Below are positions 10,491 through 20,908 of a DNA stretch of 64,000 nucleotides, piece after piece (the stretch's first letter is position 1; the number at the start of each line of letters is the position of its first letter). The notes under the pieces were generated by a model. It ran no database searches, had not been told where the DNA came from, and saw only the letters and a program-made list of their open reading frames with translations. The stretch lies in IMG/VR virus record IMGVR_UViG_3300032316_001438. One strand, 5' to 3'. The position numbers and the translations under genes were made by a program. This DNA comes from an uncultured virus (IMG/VR IMGVR_UViG_3300032316_001438) (taxonomy: Duplodnaviria > Heunggongvirae > Uroviricota > Caudoviricetes).

Positions 10491-10814
10491 CTATGAAAAA
10501 TGTTCTTTATAAAAAAGCCTTTGACTATCCGTGAGAAAAGGCCAAAGTTTAACTTCTATATCGTATGGTTGGGTATCCCCAAGTTGCTGCTTAAAAGTTT
10601 TCTTTTTGAGCGATGTTCTAAAGTCGTGATAGTCTAGTCTAATGTGGTGGCGAGCTGCTGTATTGATTAATAAAAGTAGTTGTTTGGGACTGAAATAGCC
10701 ATGGCGTTGGTAATACTTAAAAAGTGATTCAATGGGGAATGATTTTTCGAAATCTTGAATCAAGAGAAGAGAAGTCCAAATACGCCTATTAAGAGCTCCA
10801 GCAATTTTTTCCAC
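10491..10814 (-). CDS. Hypothetical protein
   Basis: 107-aa ORF with GTG start, 2 nt from the upstream gene. Confidence 0.6.
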   Translation of the reverse strand: MEKIAGALNRRIWTSLLLIQDFEKSFPIESLFKYYQRHGYFSPKQLLLLINTAARHHIRLDYHDFRTSLKKKTFKQQLGDTQPYDIEVKLWPFLTDSQRLFYKEHFS

Positions 10815-10816
10815 GT

Positions 10817-11272
10817 CTATTTAAAAATTGTCTCTTTGTAGAAGTTAAGCAATAAGTCCTTTTCGTTATTGTTTAGTTTACTGTAAAAGGAACAGGGCGT
10901 GCAGTCAACTTCTTGTTCGGTAAAGGAAACGAAGCGAGAGGATCCAAAAATACACTGCATTAAAGCAAGCCTTTCTTTGCTATCCAGCTTGTCGAATTCA
11001 TTGAAAAAAAAGCATAGATAGTCAGCACCATTGAGATGATTTTCCATCGTAAAAATGTCCGTTCTGTTTTTATCTTTTGCGAACAATTTGTTGTTAAAAA
11101 CTATTCCCGAAATCAAAAGAACAGGATAGATAAGGCATTGCAGCAGAAAAATACCAGCTGGATGAACTTTAAAGAACAAGGAGATAACAAGTGTGACGAT
11201 AGAGCTGCAAATAAAAACAACGAAAAGAGAACCGAGAATATAGTTTCGAATGTGAATGTAACCTGAGATCAT
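10817..11272 (-). CDS. Hypothetical membrane protein
   Basis: Two TM segments; TATCTTTG promoter box upstream. Confidence 0.7.
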   Translation of the reverse strand: MISGYIHIRNYILGSLFVVFICSSIVTLVISLFFKVHPAGIFLLQCLIYPVLLISGIVFNNKLFAKDKNRTDIFTMENHLNGADYLCFFFNEFDKLDSKERLALMQCIFGSSRFVSFTEQEVDCTPCSFYSKLNNNEKDLLLNFYKETIFK

Positions 11273-11342
11273 ATTTTTGGACGTTTATGCAAAGATAACT
11301 ATGCGTTTTAAAAATCAAAAAAACCGAGTTCTCACTCCAGCT

Positions 11343-12842
11343 CTAAGCTACCAGCGCTTTGGGTGCTGGGCTGGTGTGGGGGTTGGTGTCGTTCTGAAGA
11401 TGATACCAGAAACCGTCCTTGACTTCTACTCTGAGATCTTTCATACGGCTCTTGCAATAGATGATCTCCTTTTCCGAAAGGGTGGCACGTTGAGTTGTAA
11501 GATAGTCTTTGTAGGAAAAAACTGCGGACAATAGTTTGTGATTTTTTTTACGCGCCGCATGAATGAATGCTTCAAAAACAACTATTCGGCGCAGGTCGCT
11601 AGTGATTGGAAGCAGGGTAACATCTCCCCTATTTTGTATATTCATTGGTGCTTCTGATGTCGATTCGGACATATTGATTATGGAGCCCTGCTGGTTCATA
11701 CCGATTAACGGTGTTTCGAAATCAGAAAGGATGGATTGGGGGACAGGAATTTCTTCGTGGTCCTGTTTCTTTTTCTTTGGTTTACCATCTTCGAGCGACC
11801 AGAAAAAGTCATCACCGGCTATTGCTTTGTGTTCAAGCCAAAGGCCGGCGCAGTCAAGGATTAGCCCTTTCGTTTTCCCTTTGGACTTTCTAAGGCCGCG
11901 GCCTATCCACTGGAGATAGAGTGATAATGATTTAGTTCGTCTGGCCAATATTACTACTTCGATATCAGGAACATCGTAGCCTTCGCTGATGATGTCGTAG
12001 TTTAGTAATACAAGAATTTTACCCGATTTGAAATCATTATTGATTTGCGCCCTTTCCTCTTTAGGTGTTTCTCCGTCAATATGAGCTGCAGGGATCCCCG
12101 CCATTAAAAAATCTTCGCAGACGAGCTTACTATGTCGGATGTCCACACAAAAGACCACAGCTTTCTTTCCCCGAGCGTGCGTTAAATAAGCTTTCAAAGG
12201 ATCATGCACATACTTTTCATGGCACATCAAGCTACTAAGAGAGGACTGTTCGTAATCACCGTTAACACATTTTAGTGGCTCGTCAACGTAGCTGCAGATG
12301 TGGTGTTCAGGCCGAACCAAATGATTGTTATCAAAAAACCATTGGAGAGGATACAAATTGATCATCTTTTGAAAGTCGTCCTTAAAACCTTGCCCGTCTA
12401 GTCTAACAGGTGTTGCCGTAAAACCAATAATATTTGCCCTGGGGTAAATACCCCAAAGCTTCTTATAAGAATCAGCTTTTGCATGATGACATTCGTCAAT
12501 TATTATCCAATCAGCGGGTGGCGGGTTTTGTTTTCTTGCTAACGTTTGAATGCTTGCTACCTGCAGACGGTTGCGATCCACAGGGTACCCATCAGCAATA
12601 ATGCCAGGATACAAACCGAAAGATTTAAGTCGGTCATATATCTGTTCGACAAGCTCTATGCGATGAACGCACAACAATACATAGCTATTGTTAGCGGACT
12701 CAGTTTGGGCAATGGAGGAGAACAAGGTGGTTTTTCCAGTCCCTGTTGGCATTACATAGAGAAGATGCTTGTTGGAGGGTGTCCTAAAAAAATTATAAAT
12801 CTCTTCTTTGCCGTGGTTTTGGTACCCATACAGATTAATCAT
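11343..12842 (-). CDS. SF2 DEAD/DEAH-type helicase (RadD/phage-like)
   Basis: MPTGTGKT, IIDECHH, FTATP, EGYDVPD and QWIGRGLR motifs. Confidence 0.92.
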   Translation of the reverse strand: MINLYGYQNHGKEEIYNFFRTPSNKHLLYVMPTGTGKTTLFSSIAQTESANNSYVLLCVHRIELVEQIYDRLKSFGLYPGIIADGYPVDRNRLQVASIQTLARKQNPPPADWIIIDECHHAKADSYKKLWGIYPRANIIGFTATPVRLDGQGFKDDFQKMINLYPLQWFFDNNHLVRPEHHICSYVDEPLKCVNGDYEQSSLSSLMCHEKYVHDPLKAYLTHARGKKAVVFCVDIRHSKLVCEDFLMAGIPAAHIDGETPKEERAQINNDFKSGKILVLLNYDIISEGYDVPDIEVVILARRTKSLSLYLQWIGRGLRKSKGKTKGLILDCAGLWLEHKAIAGDDFFWSLEDGKPKKKKQDHEEIPVPQSILSDFETPLIGMNQQGSIINMSESTSEAPMNIQNRGDVTLLPITSDLRRIVVFEAFIHAARKKNHKLLSAVFSYKDYLTTQRATLSEKEIIYCKSRMKDLRVEVKDGFWYHLQNDTNPHTSPAPKALVA

Positions 12843-13723
12843 AAAGCAGCGCCAAGCATAGTAGCTTTAGTTGGCCTCAACTCAAGGCCGTTATCGGAGA
12901 AAAAGTTGTACCGAAGATTGATAGAAGCGTTTTCTCTGGTAAAAGTAACTACCGTTTCATCGTATTCAATCTCGACTCCTGCTTTTGAAATAGCCGTCAG
13001 GAAGCAGCCAACATCTTTGTTTGCGTTTTTAACTTCCTGAATGATATCTGTGTTAAGCGATTTTTTATCAAGCTCAGAGCGATAGTTATTGATGCTGGTT
13101 GTGTATTTGTTAATCGCCAAATGAAGTAGGTTGTCTGAATTGAAACTACTAGCCTGCAGTTCACCCACTAACGGAGATAATTGGTGTTTGTTGATTTGAG
13201 CTAACAGAACATTAGCCGTAGCTCGTAGACTGGAAAAATTTTCTTTGTCTAATGCTTCCCCTAAATAGTAGGAGCACGCCTCTTTTAAACCTGAACTGGT
13301 CAGGTTGTGCCAGATATTGATCGGGTTTATATGTCGTGTTTCCTCGGTTAACTTAAGGCCACAACGGGCAAACTCAGATTCAAGGATAAGCCGGTGGAAA
13401 AGAACATTTGTGCCCACAAGATCCGACTGATAGAAGTGCGAATAGATTTCTAAGGCCTTGTCACTGAAAAGAGGCTCGTTAGATAGTGATCGAAAGTCAA
13501 TTCCATGTTCCAGATATGCCGAATGGCTTACCTCTCTATCTAATGGGTTAAATCTGTAAGATGACTCAGTTGGTTGGTTGTCATTGGGTTCGAATTTAAT
13601 AAAGGATAGCTCAACAATTCTATCTTGACTGATTGAAATGCCGGTCGTTTTTAGTTCAAAAAATACTACAGGTTTTTGTAGTGATTCAAAAAATGGGTGA
13701 TTAGTGTCAATACGATCTTTCAT
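12839..13723 (-). CDS. DnaQ/DEDDh exonuclease-like protein, probably inactive
   Basis: VVFFELKTTG...DRIVELS...FNP...HGI...F fold signature; catalytic acids substituted. Confidence 0.75.
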   Translation of the reverse strand: MKDRIDTNHPFFESLQKPVVFFELKTTGISISQDRIVELSFIKFEPNDNQPTESSYRFNPLDREVSHSAYLEHGIDFRSLSNEPLFSDKALEIYSHFYQSDLVGTNVLFHRLILESEFARCGLKLTEETRHINPINIWHNLTSSGLKEACSYYLGEALDKENFSSLRATANVLLAQINKHQLSPLVGELQASSFNSDNLLHLAINKYTTSINNYRSELDKKSLNTDIIQEVKNANKDVGCFLTAISKAGVEIEYDETVVTFTRENASINLRYNFFSDNGLELRPTKATMLGAAL

Positions 13724-13831
13724 TTATTTTTTAGTTTGTTTGGACGTTGAGTCGAAATTTACGAGAAAGAATTGAAATATGCATATTTAGAAAAAAGATG
13801 TAGTTTTGTGTGTGATCAAATATGCAAGTAG

Positions 13832-14290
13832 ATGGGTGTACCAGGGAAGGCACTAAAAAAAGACGAAGTAAAAAAAATTGCTAGTTGTTTCAACACCAGG
13901 CAAATAGCTACTAAGTGGGGATTATCCAGTTATCAAAGGAGAAAGATGAACGAGGCTTTTAGAAATGCGGCTGGTCCAGCATTTACCGATGAGTCACTGA
14001 ATCTCCAGACATCGAAAAACCTGGAAAAAGATCTCAACAACTGGATACGACTTTTTAAGGATAACAGGTGGGGTGAAAATAATACACAGGAAAGACCCAT
14101 CTTCAATATGCAAGCTCTTTGCGATGAATGCGAGTTGGACTACACACGATACCGTTACTTGATCGCCACAGTAAACGGTAAGGCCGTATATCTTTTAAGT
14201 GGTGAGGACAGGGAGAAAATAGCGGAAAAGTTGCAGGTTATGATCATTGTTGCCAGAACAGTTCTTATGGGTGAGGTTAGCCGGGAGTAA
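13832..14290 (+). CDS. Hypothetical protein, possibly HTH-like
   Basis: 152-aa ORF divergent from the helicase operon. Confidence 0.65.
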   Translation: MGVPGKALKKDEVKKIASCFNTRQIATKWGLSSYQRRKMNEAFRNAAGPAFTDESLNLQTSKNLEKDLNNWIRLFKDNRWGENNTQERPIFNMQALCDECELDYTRYRYLIATVNGKAVYLLSGEDREKIAEKLQVMIIVARTVLMGEVSRE

Positions 14291-14334
14291 GAATTATTTA
14301 TACCTTTGCTATAGACGTTCAAAAACAAAAAACT

Positions 14335-15483
14335 ATGGCACAGGAAGAAAATGAAATGCCTCCTTGGGTACAAGAGTATCAGGAGTCAGCAGCAAACCAA
14401 GATCAGCAATCGGAGCCAGCTCTATCACATGAACAGGATTTTGAGCACGATCAATCCACTAACTTCCAGCAAACTTCAAATTTTCAGCAAGGCCAGGATG
14501 AGCAGCAGCAACCTGGCGAGAATCAATTCAAACAGCAGGCTAAACATAACACAGCACAAGAGCCTAGGCAACCAAACGATGAAGGAAAGACAAAAGCGCG
14601 TTGGGAGGTAAAACACCACCCACAGGAATCAAAAGGATCATCACCCCGCGATATAGAGACAAGTTTCGTCTCAGCAGTACAATTTGGTGGTGATGGATTG
14701 GTACCGATCGCTAACATTGATTTATTTGCAATTGGACAGTCTATGTATCACTCACTTGTCACCTCCCACCGGCTGATCGTAAAAATGAGTGGGAAGTTTC
14801 AGCAGGCGGTTATACCACCATTCCAGGGAGATCCGCAAAAACAAGAAGGCTATTTCGAAAAGATGTCCAGAGAAACACTAGATAAAGCAAATTCGTCCTA
14901 TGAAAAAAGCTACTCGGAAAAGCAGCAGCCGGCCGAGCTGTCCCAAATAGAAGGATATAGTAAGCTTAACGATGTAATGATAGTTTCCAAGTTTATTCTC
15001 GCTTCCGAAAACAAGAGCGCTTCGATGAATGATTACAAGGTAATATTCGACCACGCTAATAAGACAGGAAGTCTCAGTTCTCTCAAGTACATGGAGGAGT
15101 ATATACTGGATCGACAAAAGGGGAAAGATGTTGTTTCATCACAAGAGGAGCTTCTGGCAAAGACATGTGGGATTAAAATGAACACGCGAAACACAGAATG
15201 CGAGAGTGTAAAAGATGAGGTCAAGAGACTGAAAGATACCGGCAAGGTAAACGAGTCGGTAAAGGGGGCCTTGTTTGCTTTGACAGAAAAAAGAATGTAT
15301 GCAATGAGTTCCTACAGTCAACAGCAAGCTGCGCGTGTAACAATGGAATTTGATAAAGCACAGTTCTCTGAAAAGGAATTGCAGAAAAGGGAAAAAACCG
15401 GTGCGGCTTTTACGCAGAATCTGGAACCTAATTTGGAAACCCATAGGGAGCAATCAATGGAATGGAGAGGTAGACAGCCTTAG
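14335..15483 (+). CDS. Hypothetical protein with Q/E-rich disordered N-terminus
   Basis: 382-aa ORF; TACCTTTG promoter box upstream. Confidence 0.8.
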   Translation: MAQEENEMPPWVQEYQESAANQDQQSEPALSHEQDFEHDQSTNFQQTSNFQQGQDEQQQPGENQFKQQAKHNTAQEPRQPNDEGKTKARWEVKHHPQESKGSSPRDIETSFVSAVQFGGDGLVPIANIDLFAIGQSMYHSLVTSHRLIVKMSGKFQQAVIPPFQGDPQKQEGYFEKMSRETLDKANSSYEKSYSEKQQPAELSQIEGYSKLNDVMIVSKFILASENKSASMNDYKVIFDHANKTGSLSSLKYMEEYILDRQKGKDVVSSQEELLAKTCGIKMNTRNTECESVKDEVKRLKDTGKVNESVKGALFALTEKRMYAMSSYSQQQAARVTMEFDKAQFSEKELQKREKTGAAFTQNLEPNLETHREQSMEWRGRQP

Positions 15484-15490
15484 CGGAAAT

Positions 15491-15528
15491 AAAAAAGGTG
15501 GCCCGGTAGTCCCCATCTACCAGCCACC
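15491..15528. terminator. Putative terminator hairpin
   Basis: A6-GGTGGC...GCCACC between convergent genes. Confidence 0.55.
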
Positions 15529-15548
15529 GTGAAATGGAATAGGATAAC

Positions 15549-15863
15549 TTAGTTCAGACTCAAAACATTGAGTGATCTGATTGCAGCCTGAGGATTTTTC
15601 TTTGCAAAGTATTGATGAAATTTCTTTACTCTGAATACCTCTAACTTATCAGAGTGTTTTCCAGTGAAGTTATCAAAAGCCTCCTCAGCCTCCACCTTAA
15701 AGCGATACCAGATAACCACCTCTTGAGGCATGCCATCAGAAATAAACCTGATGGTTACCAGGTGTCCATCATTAGGATCCCTGATGACCAGGCTGACTAC
15801 AGCCAGACAGGTATCGGTGCTTACAATTTTTTCGATTCTCTCGTCAAACATTTTATTAATCAA
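15549..15863 (-). CDS. Hypothetical protein
   Basis: 104-aa ORF; start uncertain. Confidence 0.6.
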   Translation of the reverse strand: MINKMFDERIEKIVSTDTCLAVVSLVIRDPNDGHLVTIRFISDGMPQEVVIWYRFKVEAEEAFDNFTGKHSDKLEVFRVKKFHQYFAKKNPQAAIRSLNVLSLN

Positions 15864-15980
15864 AATTAAATAAATTAACCGTAAGGATCATCATTGTCGA
15901 ATATCAGAGCGCCAATGCGAACCCTTAAAACCACGTATTTGAAAAAGTAACGTACCATATAAACTAGATCTTAAGTGAAT

Positions 15981-16391
15981 TTAAACGATGTTACGTGCCA
16001 ATAAGCGGGATCTATTCCCGCCGTAAAACCTATCTACTATCTCATTCTTATCCGGGATAACCAGAAGTAGCGACTGCCTTAATTTATTGGCGTCAACGAG
16101 CTGATCCGGAGCCCAAGGGAAGCATCCAACAGATTCCCTTATGACAGACTCTAGCGTAGACTGCAGGCAATTGGCAACGAAGTGATTTGAGTAATTCCCA
16201 TCAGCCGCCTTACGGTCGGACAATGAGCGGTCCAAAACACTTAACTCTTGCCTCAAATCAAAAACCTGCTCTACCCTACTCAATTTTGAGTGAGCGCCTT
16301 CTATATCCACCCAAGCGCACACCCGATCAGGGATTGTGTTGATCAACCCAATCAACAGGTGTGTGCTTTGATATGATATAGAATCCGCCAT
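15981..16391 (-). CDS. Hypothetical protein
   Basis: 136-aa ORF, 11 nt from the upstream gene. Confidence 0.65.
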   Translation of the reverse strand: MADSISYQSTHLLIGLINTIPDRVCAWVDIEGAHSKLSRVEQVFDLRQELSVLDRSLSDRKAADGNYSNHFVANCLQSTLESVIRESVGCFPWAPDQLVDANKLRQSLLLVIPDKNEIVDRFYGGNRSRLLARNIV

Positions 16392-16402
16392 ACTTAATGT
16401 AG

Positions 16403-16924
16403 TTAAGCTGCCCGCTTAGCTAATGTCCTTACGTCAAAAATATTTACCTGTCCCTCCTGAGCCTTGAAGGTTATCATTACCGGTGTCAGGGCCTCAATTT
16501 TGTTTTCACGGAACAATCGCAAGAGCTGCACACCGGCGTTTAACCATGTGTCATTATTCTGATCAACCCAGTTAACGCATTCAAGAGTCTTGTCTTTCTT
16601 CTGAATCTTGTGGAATCCAAGAAACACACCGCTAGTCGTCTCACCAAAAGATTTAAACTTATACATCTTAGCATTCAAGCTTATACCTGGCTCCATATCT
16701 TTCATATCCGCAAGGGTCTTTAGAATGGTCTCCATCGTTGAAGACGTAACACGAATACTTTCACTAACCTCCTCGCCATGCGCTTCACCATCCGTAGGAC
16801 TACCAGCACCCGCTTCACCGTTTGCTGAATTTGCTGGATTGCCGCCATTAGGATTCACGCCACCTTGATTACCGCCTTGGCCAAGAGTAAGGTTCCTTGC
16901 TGATTTTTCGCTAACTGTTGTCAT
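16403..16924 (-). CDS. Hypothetical protein (G/N-rich linker, beta-rich C-terminal domain, possible OB fold)
   Basis: Start adjusted to MTTVSEK; fold suggestion from sequence pattern only. Confidence 0.65.
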   Translation of the reverse strand: MTTVSEKSARNLTLGQGGNQGGVNPNGGNPANSANGEAGAGSPTDGEAHGEEVSESIRVTSSTMETILKTLADMKDMEPGISLNAKMYKFKSFGETTSGVFLGFHKIQKKDKTLECVNWVDQNNDTWLNAGVQLLRLFRENKIEALTPVMITFKAQEGQVNIFDVRTLAKRAA

Positions 16925-17055
16925 ATTAATTGGGGTTTGAATTAAACATGTCACAAAGTAAAAAAGAAGGTTCCAAATATGCAAGTAAATGGAACTATTT
17001 ATTTTTCCTACTGACCAAGAAAAATCAAAGACCTTTCAAAAGGCCGTAAAAACAT

Positions 17056-17078
17056 AAAAAGGCCACAGTGGCCTTTTT
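17056..17078. repeat. Palindrome related to the candidate element centromere
   Basis: AAAAAGGCCACAGTGGCCTTTTT, same core as 20909-21047. Confidence 0.7.
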
Positions 17079-17183
17079 GAAAAAAAGGTATGTGAAAGAG
17101 TAAAAACAAGCACTTGGAGTTTGGAATAAAGAGACAAAATAGCAATATTTACCCCAACGTCTAAAAACTAAATAAACAAACAA

Positions 17184-17600
17184 ATGGAAAAACAATCTAG
17201 ACATTGGGAGGGAGTTGAATTGACTGCCTTTATTATGGCGACAAAGGCACTGCGTCAACTAGCCATTGTATCAAAGCTATCAGACCAGCAGCTCGCCGAG
17301 CTGAATTCGAAGCTTAAAGAGAGCAACGTAGAAAGCATGGACACAGTCAAGCTGTGCCGGGATCAGGCTTTAAAGGTATTGGAAAGCTCAAATCCTCCTG
17401 TATTTGTAAAGCATTCCAGTATTAGCCAGGAGCCAGTTGTGAGATCCTACAAGGAACTTGAGGAATTAGCATCACAAATTCAAAACGGATCTGCAGCTGG
17501 CAAATTAGCCGGTAGCTTCCTATGGTGGCCTACTAACTTTAGGACAGCCTTGGAATTTGCAAGGTACCGCGAATCACACATCGAAGAAATTCTTGACTAA
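17184..17600 (+). CDS. Hypothetical protein
   Basis: 138-aa ORF with A-rich leader. Confidence 0.7.
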   Translation: MEKQSRHWEGVELTAFIMATKALRQLAIVSKLSDQQLAELNSKLKESNVESMDTVKLCRDQALKVLESSNPPVFVKHSSISQEPVVRSYKELEELASQIQNGSAAGKLAGSFLWWPTNFRTALEFARYRESHIEEILD

Positions 17601-17630
17601 TTAAATCGAAAACCAAAAAAATTAATAAAA

Positions 17631-18362
17631 ATGGAAACAGCACTTAACAACTACAGCAAAGCAGAGATGGTCTTCATGGCCGTAGATGATGTACTAGCAA
17701 CGGTAAACAATTCCGTGAAGGGTCTTTTGGAGATCAACAAAGTAGGAGAAGCTTTTTCGGTGGCCGTGAAAGGGAACCAAACCAATCAAACCTATAAGGT
17801 TAACATGCTTAGTTTCCCCAAGCTCACGCACAAAATCATCAACGCTGCAGCCCAAACAAACAAAACACTCAAGGAAGCTGTACTTGAAAACCCAGCGTCA
17901 GTCCAGCCAAAAATTGACCAGCTACTTGCCAACACCCCTCCCCTATCAGAAAGGCACAATCAACTTTCTGAGATGAATATTCTCATCACCGCATGTGGCA
18001 AAGATAGCCCATTGAGATCTAAAGAGAATTTGGATAAGCTGGATACGTCAATAGATAAGCTATTTGGGGGCAATCCTGAGTTCATCATGAAGCTATCAGA
18101 ATTCATGTTGAATAAAAATGGTGAGTCAATTGACTACGGTAAAATCCTTCAGAACGCAACCGAACTGAGGGATAAAAAAGAGAACTTTGGTTATGAAATC
18201 CTTTCCCCTAAGGGATCTGGAAATGTACCAATATCAGCCATGGAGGAATTGGAAAGAAAAAGATTGGTACAAATAAAAGCTGCAGGATCCGGCCAGTTGC
18301 ATAACTCTGAGAACGGAGCGGAAAACAAAGAATTAGTGTTCGGGAGCAATCAGAACAGATAA
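17631..18362 (+). CDS. Hypothetical protein
   Basis: 243-aa ORF. Confidence 0.8.
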   Translation: METALNNYSKAEMVFMAVDDVLATVNNSVKGLLEINKVGEAFSVAVKGNQTNQTYKVNMLSFPKLTHKIINAAAQTNKTLKEAVLENPASVQPKIDQLLANTPPLSERHNQLSEMNILITACGKDSPLRSKENLDKLDTSIDKLFGGNPEFIMKLSEFMLNKNGESIDYGKILQNATELRDKKENFGYEILSPKGSGNVPISAMEELERKRLVQIKAAGSGQLHNSENGAENKELVFGSNQNR

Positions 18363-18383
18363 CCTTTAAAGAAGGGATTGCAG

Positions 18384-18414
18384 AAAAAAAGGCCACGCGA
18401 GACGTGGCCTTTTT
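18384..18414. terminator. Bidirectional intrinsic terminator
   Basis: A7-GGCCACG-CGAGA-CGTGGCC-T5 between convergent genes. Confidence 0.85.
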
Positions 18415-18428
18415 AGTTGGCATATACC

Positions 18429-18719
18429 CTATTCGATTACAAATACATCGACATCGGACACGTCCTGGGAAAAAGTAGCTCCGTTTTTGATGATTGATTT
18501 ATATATCGATAAACGAACGCCCCAACCATCAGAGTCGGGAAGACTCACTTTACTTGTCACTGATAATACACCTATACTAATCACTGAATCTAATTCAATC
18601 AAGTGTAATGTGTAGATGGCATCTGCTGGTAAGTGAGTCAGATTAGAATGGTGATTGGAAAAAAACGCAACCGCCATTTCGGTCAATTCTGTGGATGCAA
18701 AAAAATGTTTCCCTTTCAT
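18429..18719 (-). CDS. Hypothetical protein
   Basis: 96-aa ORF abutting the coupling-protein stop. Confidence 0.6.
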   Translation of the reverse strand: MKGKHFFASTELTEMAVAFFSNHHSNLTHLPADAIYTLHLIELDSVISIGVLSVTSKVSLPDSDGWGVRLSIYKSIIKNGATFSQDVSDVDVFVIE

Positions 18720-20810
18720 TTATACTCTATCAACTGTATTTATGTATCCTTTCGTAAGTGAACCTAAGACAAGGCCAGTGATTCGATGTCTAATCAATCC
18801 ACCGGAATCAATATGATCTCCCCACAGCGTCATTATACGCACCCCCTTAGCATCGAAATGGTCAGGGAAAAGAACCTTCTCCTGACCTAGGTTCTTGAGT
18901 ACGGCGTCCCTGGAAAATTGATCAACAAGCTCAGCAGCCTGCCAGGAGATGTATCTGTGTTTCTTTACAGCTATTTCGTGATAGATAGTATCATTATCCA
19001 GCGGTGCATCACCCTTCTCCCCAGACTTGGAAACGAAAGGAGCGAATTCGTGATCTCGTTGTTTTTCTTTCGTGTCCGGTAGAACATTAAAGATACTGGA
19101 GTATTTACCATTAGTCTCCGATACCTTGCCAACCATGCGGCCAACGTCTAACACAACAAGTTCTTCATCCTCAATTAGGTTAAGTCGGGTGGTAGAAAAG
19201 CTTGAGCCAGTCTTCTTTCCATTCTTAGATGTAGAAACTGATTCTTGTTGTTTTTCGGCCCGACCTATCATTCGGGCAACAAGTCCAGCATCCTCAATAG
19301 AAGAACTTTGAAGATAGATATGGGTACCCAGAGTTCCGGTAATATTACCGGCGAGCTTATCTCCATACTTAGATTTTATTTGACTTAAAGCTTGACAAAC
19401 ATAAATGTGCGCAACTTTATTGGATCGCGCTGTAGCCGGACCTGAGCTATCGTAATTAGGTATATACAACGTAGGTGCTTCATCCAAAGCAAAAACAGAG
19501 TGCAGCTTGTTGGGAGAGTTGAGCTGCTTCATAATTACAGTTGCAATAAGAGCTACAACAGGCCCGTAAGTACCCTGTCTTGCAACGCTGTTCCCAAGGC
19601 ATAATAGACCGGGAGCCTCAGGGTTGTTGAGGTCTAAAGAGAAATCATCTTCGCTAAGAACATAACTAATCTCTGGGGAGTTAATCACATCGGCAGGAAT
19701 CAATAAAGAGGCAACCTGGCCGGCAAGCTGGCCTTCAGCTTTCTTTCTGTCTGCCATTGCTAAAACTTCAATCATACGGGATGTTTCCTCATCAGTCTTT
19801 AGCATTGCTATTACTTTCTCGTATGGCATCTGAGCGATGGCAATTGCATGCGGTATGGTACATAGCGCAGGGGCTTTAACTTTTAGAAACCAGAAGATCG
19901 TCTTTAAGATAACCACCGAAGATTTGTTAAAGAAGTCAGGCTTCTCGATCATATTAGGATCGAGGTTTGACAATAGTGTGATTGCCATCTCGTTTGCGTC
20001 GGAGGCGGTCTTCATGTACTTAGGCGAGATAGGATTGCAACGATGGCTGCGAGCCAGATCAGCAAAGTCAATGCACCATAGTTTTCTTTTATCTTCCTTG
20101 CCCGATTGTATTCGGTAGTTGATAAATTGATTGTGAACATACTTAGTTAAAACAGGAGATTTAAAATCGTAGATGAGCCCGGTATAGCCCTTCCAAACTA
20201 CTTGATCAAGTATCGGCTCCATCGCCTTCCAGCCCTTACCCGACCCCGCATTTCCACAGACCAACACCCCACGGAACGGATTTACGACGTTTATATACCC
20301 ATCCTTTTTGCTGTACCAGTTGAAGCTATATTTGTTCTGGTCCAGTACGTCAACTCGTTTAAATCCAAAAGGCTTATTGAGCAAGTTGGGAGTAGACTTT
20401 CGAACCATGTTGAAAGCTATAAATGCTGAGACCAGGTAAAAACATAATACCAGAGGAAAGCCAACAATGTACCTTGGGACATTGACAGGGAGTAGTAATA
20501 GGAGGGTGTAAGCTGACAAACCAAAGCCAACCCAAGACAGGTATTTGATTATCGAAAACTTATCCATAAAATCACTGACAGTTGAGTTCCTATCAAAACT
20601 CAGAAAGGCAAGGAAAGAAATCAGAAGAAAAGACAATCGAATAGGGTAGGGGTGCTGTAAAGCAAAGCCGAAATTCTTTAACAACTCAGGGTCGATAGGG
20701 AGTATATCGGACTTAGTGCAGAGTATATATTCGAAGATAAAAATGAAAAGCAAAATGGACATCGCGCCCAATGCTATCTTATTAGAGTCGTTACCTTGTG
20801 ATTGAGACAT
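18720..20810 (-). CDS. virD4: Type IV coupling protein (VirD4/TraD-like)
   Basis: N-terminal TM helices, INVVNPFRGVLVCGNAGSGKG Walker A, SHRCNP, ALDEAPTLY Walker B, ATARSNKVA. Confidence 0.92.
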   Translation of the reverse strand: MSQSQGNDSNKIALGAMSILLFIFIFEYILCTKSDILPIDPELLKNFGFALQHPYPIRLSFLLISFLAFLSFDRNSTVSDFMDKFSIIKYLSWVGFGLSAYTLLLLLPVNVPRYIVGFPLVLCFYLVSAFIAFNMVRKSTPNLLNKPFGFKRVDVLDQNKYSFNWYSKKDGYINVVNPFRGVLVCGNAGSGKGWKAMEPILDQVVWKGYTGLIYDFKSPVLTKYVHNQFINYRIQSGKEDKRKLWCIDFADLARSHRCNPISPKYMKTASDANEMAITLLSNLDPNMIEKPDFFNKSSVVILKTIFWFLKVKAPALCTIPHAIAIAQMPYEKVIAMLKTDEETSRMIEVLAMADRKKAEGQLAGQVASLLIPADVINSPEISYVLSEDDFSLDLNNPEAPGLLCLGNSVARQGTYGPVVALIATVIMKQLNSPNKLHSVFALDEAPTLYIPNYDSSGPATARSNKVAHIYVCQALSQIKSKYGDKLAGNITGTLGTHIYLQSSSIEDAGLVARMIGRAEKQQESVSTSKNGKKTGSSFSTTRLNLIEDEELVVLDVGRMVGKVSETNGKYSSIFNVLPDTKEKQRDHEFAPFVSKSGEKGDAPLDNDTIYHEIAVKKHRYISWQAAELVDQFSRDAVLKNLGQEKVLFPDHFDAKGVRIMTLWGDHIDSGGLIRHRITGLVLGSLTKGYINTVDRV

Positions 20811-20908
20811 ATTTATTTTGGACGTTGAACCCCAAAAATAAGGCGAAAGCGTACATTTCCCAAAAACGCCAATTCTATTGTTTAGATATAAAACCTGCTA
20901 TTTGATTT

